A stretch of DNA of 64,000 nucleotides from an uncultured virus (IMG/VR IMGVR_UViG_3300015608_004663) (lineage: Duplodnaviria; Heunggongvirae; Uroviricota; Caudoviricetes): IMG/VR virus record IMGVR_UViG_3300015608_004663; one strand, 5' to 3'. Shown here piece after piece: positions 20,657-30,607 of this stretch. Each line of letters starts with the position of its first letter. The stretch's first letter is position 1. The notes under the pieces are model-generated. The model was not told the origin of the DNA. It saw nothing but the letters and a program-made list of their open reading frames with translations, and searched no databases. Position numbers and translations under genes: made by a program.

Positions 20657-20836
20657 TTAATCTTTATTACTAGCATATCGCTCTAACTTAGAAAGAAGTT
20701 GCTTAAATTGTTCTTTTTTAGAAGAAGCATTTTTCAGCGCAGCTAGATCAAGTTTCTCTTTTTGCTCTCGCAATCGTGTGATCCGCGCGATTGCGAGCTC
20801 TTCATTTAAAATTCTTTGAAACGTACTTTGATTCAT
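20657..20836 (-). CDS. 59-aa leader-like protein not in ORF track
   Basis: MNQSTFQRILNEELAIARITRLREQKEKL...NKD*; immediately follows the sheath stop. Confidence 0.5.
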   Translation of the reverse strand: MNQSTFQRILNEELAIARITRLREQKEKLDLAALKNASSKKEQFKQLLSKLERYASNKD

Positions 20837-20846
20837 GTTTGATCAC

Positions 20847-23800
20847 TTACTTGATACCATTATTTGTCACAGTGAAATCAAGTGACACAAATTCTGTAGA
20901 CTTCACAGGCGCAAGCAATATTTTGCCACGAACTGTGTTGTTTTCAATGTCAGCTTGAGTCGTTGTCGTAGAATCAACAAGAACTCGATAGCCGTTAAGA
21001 CCGCGCTCTTTTTGAATTCGCTGAAGTTGCGGATTAACAACAGAAGTAAATCGCGCAAGCGTTGATTCTCTATTTGGTTCAAACAAGATCGACATGACAG
21101 TTTTTCTAACAATTCTGCGAATCGCAATCAGCAAGCGTCTCACGTTGACTCTGTCAAGAGCTGAATTAGCTTTTGTGTACAGCGTTTTCTGCCCCCACAC
21201 AACAGCTCCAGATCTGCGAGCAATACCACCAGATTCTGGACTCGCGAATGAAATGATTGGATTTAGCGCTGCATCATACAGCACATTGATCTGCTCTTGC
21301 GAAAGAATTACTCGAGGCTCAACACCGTCAACAACAGCGCCACGTGATAGACCAGCTGGTGCGAGCCACGGTCTACCGATCGAGTCATTCAAAGAGATTG
21401 CAGCGAGAGCTGCTACTGTTCCTGGTGCTGTCACGTTTGTTTTTGTCGTCGGATCTCGCATGATCACATCAGGAAAATACGCAGCTGCAAAGCTAGAATT
21501 CAATGATCTAGCAGCAAATTCCTGCGCAGTGAAAGTCGGACTTGGTGGATTAGCAGATCCAGCGCTAACAACTGCATCTGTTGAATCATACAGAACAGGA
21601 TCTACAAGAAGCAGCGCATCAACTCTTTCTTCAACTGTGCTAATCGCTGCATCAATGACAGTCGGTTGTCTGATGCCAGGAATAGCTACAATTTGAACAT
21701 CAGCTTCAAGCGTATTCTTTATTGCGTTTAAAGCTTTTGTGTATGAAACAACTGATGGACCAGCTGTAGTTCCGCGCAGCGTTGAAGCAATATCTGCTTT
21801 CACAGCATCATCAGTTATGTTTGCTTCATCTGCGTTAAATGGATTAACACCATCGAACCCACCTTGAAAAATTGTTGTGAATTTAACAAATCGTCTGTTT
21901 GCATTTGTTATGTCATTTGGTGTTAAAGCTCGAGTTTTCGCGGAATCATCTGCTGTGATTGAGCCGTTTCTTACATAGGTAGCACTCAACCAAGCGTCAG
22001 AGTCAGCTAGCGCATTTGAGCCAGTAACAACTTTAACATTGCTCAATGAGAATGCATTGTAACAGAATCTATCAGAATCAACGATGCCGTTTTCACTTGT
22101 GTCAACAACGCCAACAGTCTCAGACCCTACGCTAAAATTCATGTACGTTGTCATGTGCGTCGGGAAGTGCAGTGCGTATGCTGCTACTGTATCATTTTTC
22201 AGCAATGAAGCATTCACATTGCTAAGATCTGCTACGTGATCAAACTGAACACCCCAATACAGCGTAGAATCAACTTGCGCTCTTGAGCCAGAGCCAACTG
22301 TGATTGTTTGTCTGTATGGTAATGGTGGCTCAATAACTCTCTTGACGCTTGAAGCTACTGACAGCTGCGTCGTGCTAACGCTCTGCATCGGAGCAGAACC
22401 AGACGTCACAACGTGATTTGGGCCTTTAAATCCAAATGGAACTGCCGCTGGATCAATAGAGCTATCATCAACAGCTGAAGACACTTCAACTCTAATCTTA
22501 GCGGACACATTATCATAAGATCCGTCTTCAACTATTCTCTGATCAACAAGCGCAGCATCAAAATCATAAAATTTATTTTTATCGCCTATGATTCTTGAGA
22601 TGTATCTCTCAGATGTAGGATCAAGATTGACGCCTCTAAATTGCTCAATCACAACAGGCTCTGAATCACGATCATAAAAATCACGCACGACTACATCAAA
22701 TGAGCAGTACTGACTAGCTGGATCAGTTGAGAGCACAATATTCTCTATTGAGATTTTCAGAGGTTGTGTGCTTTGACCAGCAGATCTAGCGTGAAATCTA
22801 AACAAATCTTTTGTTGTTCCACCAAGACGTTGAGATGTGATCCAAGATGTCTTAGGACTGCTAAATCTATCTTCCCAGCTATCATAGTCAGGAATAGTTG
22901 ACGTACCAGTGTCACGACTGATTGAAGAAGTTAACAAAAATGCTGAATTTTCCGCACCAGATCTAGCAGCTAATGTTGCGCCCGCGCCAGATGTAGTGTA
23001 AAGCAATCCAGAACCAGTGACAACAGCAAGAGATGGGTGAATGTCCCAATGAGCGTACAAATAGTGTCCAGCTTCTTGCAGCTTGAGAGGATCTGTATTT
23101 AACACGCTTGCAAAGTAATTTGGAGCAAGCATATCAAATGATGCAGTCAGCACGTTTGGATAGCGCGCGTCAGTGCCTTTGTGTCCGTTTAACAGCATAA
23201 CAAATTCTTGTTTAACTGTGCCAGAATCACTCAGCACTACTGCGCCAAGACCGCTGCCTGTAGCAGCTGCTGGCGTAGCTACGAAATCAGTTAATGGCTG
23301 ACCGTTTGTGCCTTCAGCTGATGATGACAAGCGAGGAATAACACCAGAAGCCGCAAAGATCACGCCACGCAGTATTGGAACAGCTGTGTTAGCTCCTGGT
23401 GTCACAGATCCCGGTCCTTGCAAACCAGCAGAGCTAAACGCAGTTGAACCAGCAGATTCTGACATGAAGCATCCCAAAAACAAAGTTCTGCCAGGGACGC
23501 CACCAGCGTTAGCAAAAGGATTAGCACTCAGTTCTGCACTTGAACCACTAGGTTGATTTTCACCAACAACATAACCCGCTGCAACGACACGACCGGACTT
23601 AGTAGATGTATCTCTTTGAAGACCAGAACCAACTCCTAGCACTCTTACATACGTTAAAGCTTTTGCGTTTGTTAACCACTGATACGCAGCGAGTGGGCCA
23701 GCTTTTTTACCATCTGTCGCACCAAAAATACTAAACAATTCATTCTTATCAGCAACTGTAACAGGCACAAAAGCTGGACCTGATTGCGCAGTTCCGATCA

Positions 23801-23897
23801 CACTAGCTGGGACGCCGATTGGAGATCTTGCAGCGAATCCAGTGTTGTCAATTTCATTAGTTGAGACTCGAGGTCCGCCAAATTTCATTGTTGCCAT
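20847..23897 (-). CDS. tail sheath protein (gp18-like), paralogue 2
   Basis: P.V...E.D, IGTAQSGPAFVPV, GGFDG, PW.APAG..RG, NPI, VWGQKTL, LDRVNVRRL, FEPN. Confidence 0.92.
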   Translation of the reverse strand: MATMKFGGPRVSTNEIDNTGFAARSPIGVPASVIGTAQSGPAFVPVTVADKNELFSIFGATDGKKAGPLAAYQWLTNAKALTYVRVLGVGSGLQRDTSTKSGRVVAAGYVVGENQPSGSSAELSANPFANAGGVPGRTLFLGCFMSESAGSTAFSSAGLQGPGSVTPGANTAVPILRGVIFAASGVIPRLSSSAEGTNGQPLTDFVATPAAATGSGLGAVVLSDSGTVKQEFVMLLNGHKGTDARYPNVLTASFDMLAPNYFASVLNTDPLKLQEAGHYLYAHWDIHPSLAVVTGSGLLYTTSGAGATLAARSGAENSAFLLTSSISRDTGTSTIPDYDSWEDRFSSPKTSWITSQRLGGTTKDLFRFHARSAGQSTQPLKISIENIVLSTDPASQYCSFDVVVRDFYDRDSEPVVIEQFRGVNLDPTSERYISRIIGDKNKFYDFDAALVDQRIVEDGSYDNVSAKIRVEVSSAVDDSSIDPAAVPFGFKGPNHVVTSGSAPMQSVSTTQLSVASSVKRVIEPPLPYRQTITVGSGSRAQVDSTLYWGVQFDHVADLSNVNASLLKNDTVAAYALHFPTHMTTYMNFSVGSETVGVVDTSENGIVDSDRFCYNAFSLSNVKVVTGSNALADSDAWLSATYVRNGSITADDSAKTRALTPNDITNANRRFVKFTTIFQGGFDGVNPFNADEANITDDAVKADIASTLRGTTAGPSVVSYTKALNAIKNTLEADVQIVAIPGIRQPTVIDAAISTVEERVDALLLVDPVLYDSTDAVVSAGSANPPSPTFTAQEFAARSLNSSFAAAYFPDVIMRDPTTKTNVTAPGTVAALAAISLNDSIGRPWLAPAGLSRGAVVDGVEPRVILSQEQINVLYDAALNPIISFASPESGGIARRSGAVVWGQKTLYTKANSALDRVNVRRLLIAIRRIVRKTVMSILFEPNRESTLARFTSVVNPQLQRIQKERGLNGYRVLVDSTTTTQADIENNTVRGKILLAPVKSTEFVSLDFTVTNNGIK

Positions 23898-23957
23898 TAT
23901 GTGTTCACTTTCAATTTGATCATCTGATCAAACATTACTGTTTACGTGCTTTAGTGT

Positions 23958-24003
23958 TGATTCATATCTGCTTGTCAATNNATTGACAAGCAGATATGAA
24001 TCA
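23958..24003. repeat. 22-bp perfect inverted repeat centred on an NN gap
   Basis: tgattcatatctgcttgtcaat-NN-attgacaagcagatatgaatca. Confidence 0.5.
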
Positions 24004-24066
24004 GTTACAAGCTTCTGTAACAGATGTAAACTGCTTTGCATTGCAGAGTTCATCTTTAGCTTCTAA

Positions 24067-27000
24067 CTATACGAATGTCACACCACTTCTTGTCACAACA
24101 AAATCAATGACAACATACTCAATTGAGCGCGTTGGCACGACTGCGACAACACAATTCATTTTGTTAAGATCGATGTCATCTTGCGTATTATTTGTGTCAT
24201 CAATTCTAACGCTGAAATCTTCAATGCCTGCTTGACCCTTAATGAGTCCCAGCTTCTCCTCAATAGTTTTCTTTAAAGCGGCGCGAGTTTCAACATCATT
24301 CTGCTCAAACATGATTTTCAAAGCAGCTTTAACAACTTGTCGCTTGACTTCAACAAGCATGCGCCGAACGTTAATCCGATCAAGAGATGATCTCTTCATC
24401 TGCAGCGTTTTCTGTCCAGTGATCGCCCAACCTAAATCTGGTGATTGTGAAATTGGATTGATTCTGACATCACTCAGCTTATCACGATCTGTTTCAGACA
24501 TTCTGATCGTAGAATTAGCAATCATTGGCAAAGCTGCTCTGTTGTAGCCCGCTGGCGCGAGCCAAGGAAAACCAACTTTGTCATTTGTTGCAAGAGCGCC
24601 GAGAGCAACAACCGTAGCCGGGACGCGTGAAGCAATATCAAGATCATCTTTTACAAACACGTCTGGAAAGTACGCAGCAGTGTAACTGTTATCAATAGCT
24701 CTAGACGCAAACTGCGAAGCAGTTTTATCAACACTCTGGCGCTTTGAAGATCCTGCATACAATCTTGCACCATCGCTTGCGTAAGCGGGTACATCAATTA
24801 TGCAAAACAAAGCAGTGTTAGATTTTGCTTTCTGCGCAGCGTAATCGATTACGTACGGTTCTCGCACGCCAGGAATTGCTAGAATGTTTGCATCAACTGA
24901 AACTGGATCTGTTGCAATGTCTATTGCGTGCTTCATTGATACGATCACGCCGTTTGTGATCCCTGTACCAGATTGTGATGCAGAGAAACCAGTTGGTATG
25001 TAGGCAGATGATGCGCCGCCACCAGCATCAAATGATGAAGCTTTGTCACTCATCACAGCTTCTTCAGCGTCCATGACATTCAAACCATCAAACCCTCCAG
25101 CAAGAACTGTTGTGAATTTTGCAAAGTTTGAAAACGCATTGAACGTCTGAGGTGTAGCTGTTGATAGCAAAGTGCCAAGCGTGATTCGCTTTCCAATGTT
25201 TGGATCTGTTATGCGAAGATCTGTAGGATCTGTTTTTGCATCTCGCCAGTAAGCTGCTTCAAGCATGTGAATATCTGCAGATGCAGTCACATCACTGATC
25301 GTGCTGTTTGAGAGCGCAACATTAGCTAGCGTAAACTTGTTATTGCAAAACTGATCTGCGCCAGATCCTGTCACAAGAACGTCTAATTTCATGATACCCA
25401 TGAATCTTGTAACAGCTTCAATCATTTTGTTTTGCTCAGACGCGATATTAACATTAGACGTTGAGTTGTTTCTCTCAAATTTCACGCCCCATGTCAGCAG
25501 CGGCAAAACCGTCTCTGTCGCAGCTGGCTGACCCAGCCACGCAGGTGCTGATGCTACTCTACCGCGTGTGATCTTGTGTCTGAATGGGATCGGTGGAATG
25601 ATAGAACCAGAGAGCGCTGCTCCAACTGACGAACTAAGATAGCCTGTAATTCTTTTAGCTGCAGATGATGGAGCTGAATCAGTTAAAGAATCTGTAGTCT
25701 TGAGAACTGAAATGCCTCTGAAACCGAACGGTAACGATTTTTTTGGAATAATGCCAGATTCTGCAGCGTCACTCATAACAATTCTGATGCGCTGAGAAAC
25801 ATTTTCATACTTTCCGCTCGTGCTCAGTCTTCGCTCTGCCGCGAGCGCTGAATCAAAATTCATGCTCACTTTGCGATCACCGATAAGTTTAGCAACGTAT
25901 CTATCTGATGTCGGATCAAGAGAGCATCTAGAAAATTGCTCTAAAACACGCGGATCTGCATCTGTATCATCCCACTCTCTAACTTGAATCGTGAAGAAAC
26001 CATACAGATTTGAATCATCAGTAGACGCTTGAAGATCTCTGATAGTGATTTTGTAAGACGTGTTTGCATTAGCGCCATCATCAATAGATTCAATCTTAAA
26101 CAAATCGTATTCTACGCCACCAAACGGCTGTGAAATAAACCAAGTCGTTGAAGGCGTTTTGAATCGAGTGTCAAATGCGCCAAACGCTCTGCGATACGAT
26201 AGCGATGCCTCTGCAGCGTTTGCTGCAATGTTCGCTGAGCCAGAAACAACAGCAACTGTTGACGCTGATGCAAGCTCAGCGTCAACGGCGAAGTCTGCCC
26301 ACAGAACGTGCTGCTCAGTAGCAAATTTCGCTGGATTTGTGTTTAACAATTTTCCAACATAATTCTGTGAGCTAGGATCAAGTGATGCACTGTAAACGCG
26401 CAAGCCAGCCATTCCATCTGCAGATCCAAAATTAGATCCATCAGAGCTAGAAATAATCAGCTTGAAAGATCCAGTCTTCACAAGACCCACGTCATCTGGA
26501 TACGCAGAAAACGCAGATTGAACTGATTCATCTCCGTCAAGAATCATCACTCTGCTGCCGCTAGCTGTGAAGATCATGGCTCTAACAAGATTCACAACAC
26601 CAGAAGATGTTGTGAATGATGAGCAGCGAGTGAAAAGCGGGTAATTTGCTGCTTCTGCTGATTGCAAAGCGTGCTGAGCAACAAGAAACTGAACGCACCC
26701 AGCGTGACGGCTGTAACCATCGTGCGGAGCAGCGACACCCTCAAGCTTGAAGCCAGCATTTTTGACTCGATCAGTTGCTTGCGTTGTAGCGATATCGCTA
26801 GCAGTTGAGTTAGCACCAGCACCTAACAATCTGATAAACGTCAGCGCAGAAGAATTTTTCAAATACTCTTTTGCAGCGAACGTTGCTGGATACTTCTTGC
26901 TTAAATCGCCAAATCTGCTTGTGAAATCATCATTGTTTGCTACTGTCACCGGGACGTACGCAGGACCACGCGGAGTAGCGCCTATCACAACAGCTGGAGT

Positions 27001-27081
27001 TCCAGACGGAGTCGTTGGCGTCACAACAGAAAGATCTGTTTCTGTGCTGTAAAAATTTGCTGCTTTGTATGTCTTTTCCAA
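24067..27081 (-). CDS. tail sheath protein (gp18-like), paralogue 1 (TTG start)
   Basis: IGATPRGPAYVPV, GGFDG, PWLAPAGYNR, INPI, GQKTLQ, LDRINVRRML, FEQN. Confidence 0.92.
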   Translation of the reverse strand: MEKTYKAANFYSTETDLSVVTPTTPSGTPAVVIGATPRGPAYVPVTVANNDDFTSRFGDLSKKYPATFAAKEYLKNSSALTFIRLLGAGANSTASDIATTQATDRVKNAGFKLEGVAAPHDGYSRHAGCVQFLVAQHALQSAEAANYPLFTRCSSFTTSSGVVNLVRAMIFTASGSRVMILDGDESVQSAFSAYPDDVGLVKTGSFKLIISSSDGSNFGSADGMAGLRVYSASLDPSSQNYVGKLLNTNPAKFATEQHVLWADFAVDAELASASTVAVVSGSANIAANAAEASLSYRRAFGAFDTRFKTPSTTWFISQPFGGVEYDLFKIESIDDGANANTSYKITIRDLQASTDDSNLYGFFTIQVREWDDTDADPRVLEQFSRCSLDPTSDRYVAKLIGDRKVSMNFDSALAAERRLSTSGKYENVSQRIRIVMSDAAESGIIPKKSLPFGFRGISVLKTTDSLTDSAPSSAAKRITGYLSSSVGAALSGSIIPPIPFRHKITRGRVASAPAWLGQPAATETVLPLLTWGVKFERNNSTSNVNIASEQNKMIEAVTRFMGIMKLDVLVTGSGADQFCNNKFTLANVALSNSTISDVTASADIHMLEAAYWRDAKTDPTDLRITDPNIGKRITLGTLLSTATPQTFNAFSNFAKFTTVLAGGFDGLNVMDAEEAVMSDKASSFDAGGGASSAYIPTGFSASQSGTGITNGVIVSMKHAIDIATDPVSVDANILAIPGVREPYVIDYAAQKAKSNTALFCIIDVPAYASDGARLYAGSSKRQSVDKTASQFASRAIDNSYTAAYFPDVFVKDDLDIASRVPATVVALGALATNDKVGFPWLAPAGYNRAALPMIANSTIRMSETDRDKLSDVRINPISQSPDLGWAITGQKTLQMKRSSLDRINVRRMLVEVKRQVVKAALKIMFEQNDVETRAALKKTIEEKLGLIKGQAGIEDFSVRIDDTNNTQDDIDLNKMNCVVAVVPTRSIEYVVIDFVVTRSGVTFV

Positions 27082-27126
27082 AAGATTGATCTCCGAATCT
27101 TAAAATAGATATGTAAATCTCAGTGA

Positions 27127-28359
27127 TTAACTCACAGCTAGTTCAAAGTCAGACAGTGATAAACCATCATAAGCTGTTTCACCAACTGCTGAGTTCACAG
27201 ATCGCGATCTGACGTATCGATCATCAATTTTTGCGATTGATATTTTTCTGTCTCTGTTATAGCGTGGCAGCTTTTCACCGCGGTTGTACTGCTTCAGTGC
27301 AGGATCTTGCTGCCATGTTTTACCAATTCTGCCATCAAAAGTCTCACGCTTATCTTGTCTTCTGCTTGATCCGACGCTTAACGGTAATGTCGGATCATCA
27401 GATCCAAGAAACGGAGCTTCAATTTGCTGCAAAGATTTTTCATTGACTTCTGGTACTTCAAACATGATATCTGGTGCAGTCAAAGTAGATCTTACAGATT
27501 CAGGAGCGCCAGGCAGATCTGGTGCGATCAGATACGTTGGAACTTTTATCTGCATGCTGTTTTTGATCAAGCGCTCGTCATCTCCAACCGAATCAGAATT
27601 GTTCTCACTTGAGATTTTTTCACCTTCGACATAAGCTATGAACCAGTAACCTTTCGGAGTTGTTAGCTTGTAAGCTCTGTCAAACGGCAGATAATTTGCG
27701 ATCAATCGCTCAACGATTTGATTCATGTGCGCAGTGTACGCTGTCCATATTTTGACATCATACGTTATTGACACAAATTGTGGAGCTGGAATTGTTGTGA
27801 TCTCGTACACAGATCTTGTTAGATCTTGACGCATAACTCCACCTGCAGAAACATTTCTATCAGACGTGACAAGATCGTTTGTTTGAGTTCGCGTGAGCTG
27901 CGAGGCTGTGCGTGGTGATCTCCACAATTGATTGTTCTTCGCAGCGCGATTAATCAAGCGCTGATAAGATGGATCTCTTGCTTTTGACAGAGATCTTTTG
28001 ATTGTCAGCTTCCCTGTGTGCTGATTTATGCCACGACCACACACATCTTCGCTAGTCATCTGATTGATGCCAGTTCTGACGATCGCGATCAAAGGCAAGA
28101 TAAGAGAACCATTAGCGTCTCTGAGACCAGTTCCATTTTTAACCTGACTCCAGCGCTCTCCAGCTGCAAAGATGACCCTCGCGCTGGTCAAGCCAGTGGT
28201 ATCAGTGACTACCAATCCAAAGTCACTCGTGAATGCTCTGTGCATCGCAGCATCTACATCTTCAATAGTGCACGCAGGTATCTTAGATGAAGCGACAGCG
28301 CCACTGTAGCCGCTATTAACGCCAGCATTTTGTCTGATAACTGTCATAAACTTAATCAC
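27127..28359 (-). CDS. tail completion / sheath stabiliser (gp15-like)
   Basis: IEDVD, GERW, LPLIAI.R, P.FV.ITYDV.IWT.Y..HMNQIVE; synteny. Confidence 0.65.
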   Translation of the reverse strand: MIKFMTVIRQNAGVNSGYSGAVASSKIPACTIEDVDAAMHRAFTSDFGLVVTDTTGLTSARVIFAAGERWSQVKNGTGLRDANGSLILPLIAIVRTGINQMTSEDVCGRGINQHTGKLTIKRSLSKARDPSYQRLINRAAKNNQLWRSPRTASQLTRTQTNDLVTSDRNVSAGGVMRQDLTRSVYEITTIPAPQFVSITYDVKIWTAYTAHMNQIVERLIANYLPFDRAYKLTTPKGYWFIAYVEGEKISSENNSDSVGDDERLIKNSMQIKVPTYLIAPDLPGAPESVRSTLTAPDIMFEVPEVNEKSLQQIEAPFLGSDDPTLPLSVGSSRRQDKRETFDGRIGKTWQQDPALKQYNRGEKLPRYNRDRKISIAKIDDRYVRSRSVNSAVGETAYDGLSLSDFELAVS

Positions 28360-29021
28360 TCATCATAGAAGCTCTGCGCGGCGCCAGACGTTGTGCCCTT
28401 CGAAGAAACTTGTCGCTGTCCAGACAGCGGAGTGTCAAGCACGCCTCGCTGCTGCAGAGCTCTAGCATCATTTGTTTGACCCAGCGCATTCTCTGAGTAA
28501 CCACGCTGCTGAACAAATAGCTTCTTTTCTGCGTCTGGATCTGAATATTTTTCGCTTGTTGGACCGTGCACAATCTTCTGATCAATGATTGTTGAGCGAG
28601 AGCGAATGCCATTTATAACATATCCGTCTGGATGCTCGATCTGACCGTAGATTGGCTTGATCAGATTTATGCTAGTTATCTCATAAAACACTGTTCCTCT
28701 TGAAAAGAAATCGCCAATTTTCAGATCTATGCCCTTATCAACGAGATCTCTGTGCTGCACGTAAACTTGAATCTTCACAACATTATCAGGGCTGAACAGA
28801 TCGTTTTTTGTTTCCCACTGCGGAGTGTCTGATAACACTTCTATCTCAATTGGATCATCAAAGACTTTCTTGACAGCTTCACCATACACATCTGACGCAG
28901 CAGTTCGAGATTCAGATATCGCGTAATAGAAGATCGTCTGATCGTTTACATCTTTGATCAGTTCTTTTGTTATGTCGCTGAAAAAATCAAACTCTCGCGG
29001 AGTGACAAACAATCTAGCCAT
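28356..29021 (-). CDS. neck / head-closure protein (gp14-like)
   Basis: DVYGEA..K, IGDFF....FYEI; synteny. Confidence 0.65.
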   Translation of the reverse strand: MARLFVTPREFDFFSDITKELIKDVNDQTIFYYAISESRTAASDVYGEAVKKVFDDPIEIEVLSDTPQWETKNDLFSPDNVVKIQVYVQHRDLVDKGIDLKIGDFFSRGTVFYEITSINLIKPIYGQIEHPDGYVINGIRSRSTIIDQKIVHGPTSEKYSDPDAEKKLFVQQRGYSENALGQTNDARALQQRGVLDTPLSGQRQVSSKGTTSGAAQSFYDE

Positions 29022-29027
29022 GTGAAA

Positions 29028-30224
29028 TCAACCAATCCATATCATTTTTGGTATTGGAATGTATTTTAGCTGCTTTGACATGTTTTCAGCTAATTGAGCT
29101 TGAACTTCTGCAAGCTTGTCACGAGTCAGCGAATTAAGAAACTCTAGCATCTGCGTTACAAGCTTCTCTTTGTCTTCACGCGCTTGCGTGACAAGCGCAT
29201 CACCGTTCAAGCGCACTTCAGAATTTGGAATCGGAATTGAATCAAACTTTGATCTGATCAACCCAAGCAACTCGCGACACAGCGCAAAGCAATAATCTCT
29301 GATCCACTGTTGACCAGGAGAATTTATATCTCGAAATCTTAAGTTGCTGTATGGCGCATTTGATGGACCTGTAACTCCACCCATAGAATCATCACCATAA
29401 GATCCGCTGACGTACGACGGTTTTGTTGGATCGGACGGTGGCGCTACTCTGATGTAGAGGTGTCCGGTCATGTACGCATTGTTTGGCATCGGATAAATGC
29501 GCAGCTTGGTTCCAGTGATCTCGTAGCTGTACTGTGAGCGCCTGACTCTAAAAGCTTCTTCAAGCATTCCTCTTCGCAAAACATCTTCAAACACTGGTAA
29601 AACGTAAAACACAGTGCTGTTCACATATGATTCATAATTAAAATTCGTAGCAAGAAAATTTGTGATGTTGCTTGCATTCAGAAGAAACTGCTGCGCTGCG
29701 AGAGGCTCGAAGTGCATAACATCCATGACACGCAGCTTGCCGCGAGAACCAGATGGTAACGTTTCAATAAGCAAGCTACCGCTAACGTCAGCTGACATGA
29801 GCTCTGAGTAGATATCGTAATCTTGCTTGCCTGCAACAAGATCAAAATAACCTAGCTTGAGATTATATGATCCCCCGTAGCCGCCTGCAGCAGAGTACGC
29901 TTCTGACATTCGACTCAAAAAATCAAGAGTGTTTCTAACATACGTCGTAGAAAGATCAACGCTACCATTTGAACCAGTCGGAGTACCAAGTATCACAACA
30001 AGCTCAGATTTAATGCGCGATTCGTTGATCAGTCGCGAGTACTCTAGCACAGCTTCTTCAAAGCACGCCCAAATCTGCTTCTTTGTCAACTCGACGCTTA
30101 AAACATCATCACCCAATTTTCGTTTAACAAACACAACCATGCTATCAGCTTCTGACTGAAACTGTGCATCAGTGTCAAAAAAGCCAAACGGAGTCGGATT
30201 TTGTGTTGAAGCAAAAGTTGCCAA
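29028..30224 (-). CDS. neck / adaptor protein (gp13-like)
   Basis: KRKLG...VEL, LRIYP.P, WIRDY..AL.RE.LG.IRSKF..IP.P...V.LNG. Confidence 0.75.
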   Translation of the reverse strand: MATFASTQNPTPFGFFDTDAQFQSEADSMVVFVKRKLGDDVLSVELTKKQIWACFEEAVLEYSRLINESRIKSELVVILGTPTGSNGSVDLSTTYVRNTLDFLSRMSEAYSAAGGYGGSYNLKLGYFDLVAGKQDYDIYSELMSADVSGSLLIETLPSGSRGKLRVMDVMHFEPLAAQQFLLNASNITNFLATNFNYESYVNSTVFYVLPVFEDVLRRGMLEEAFRVRRSQYSYEITGTKLRIYPMPNNAYMTGHLYIRVAPPSDPTKPSYVSGSYGDDSMGGVTGPSNAPYSNLRFRDINSPGQQWIRDYCFALCRELLGLIRSKFDSIPIPNSEVRLNGDALVTQAREDKEKLVTQMLEFLNSLTRDKLAEVQAQLAENMSKQLKYIPIPKMIWIG

Positions 30225-30235
30225 AGATCACTCTT

Positions 30236-30592
30236 TCATTCGACGTACAAAAACGCAATCGCAGTCGTGCCAATATCACCACCAACAAGCACAATTCCAG
30301 CAGTGACTTCATCTTGCTGCTTGCGACGAAATGTTCCGTTTGCTGCAGCTGTGATTAGATCACCAGCAGACACAGTTCCAGCTAGAGACACGTATCTTGG
30401 ACCAACGCCAAGAAGCTCAACAGCAGACACATAACTTTCCTGATCTTGTCTTGATTTTGCGATTCCATGAATGCGTTGACCGGCGACCATTGGTGGCGTT
30501 ATCTCCCACGCGCTTCCAGAAAGATTACCAGTAAACACAAAAGCTTGTCCAAAATCAACAAAAGAACCAGATTGAACATAAATTCGCATCAT
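30236..30592 (-). CDS. putative capsid decoration/cement protein (DUF2190-like)
   Basis: Small beta-rich protein; GIA, GTVSAGDLITAAANG, GIVL. Confidence 0.45.
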   Translation of the reverse strand: MMRIYVQSGSFVDFGQAFVFTGNLSGSAWEITPPMVAGQRIHGIAKSRQDQESYVSAVELLGVGPRYVSLAGTVSAGDLITAAANGTFRRKQQDEVTAGIVLVGGDIGTTAIAFLYVE

Positions 30593-30607
30593 TCCACTCT
30601 CGCAAAT

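Noticed and set aside
2886..30224. Bacterial extracellular contractile injection system (two sheaths, tube, LysM)
   Set aside because: Capsid, portal, terminase, protease and replication genes are contiguous, so this is a complete phage module
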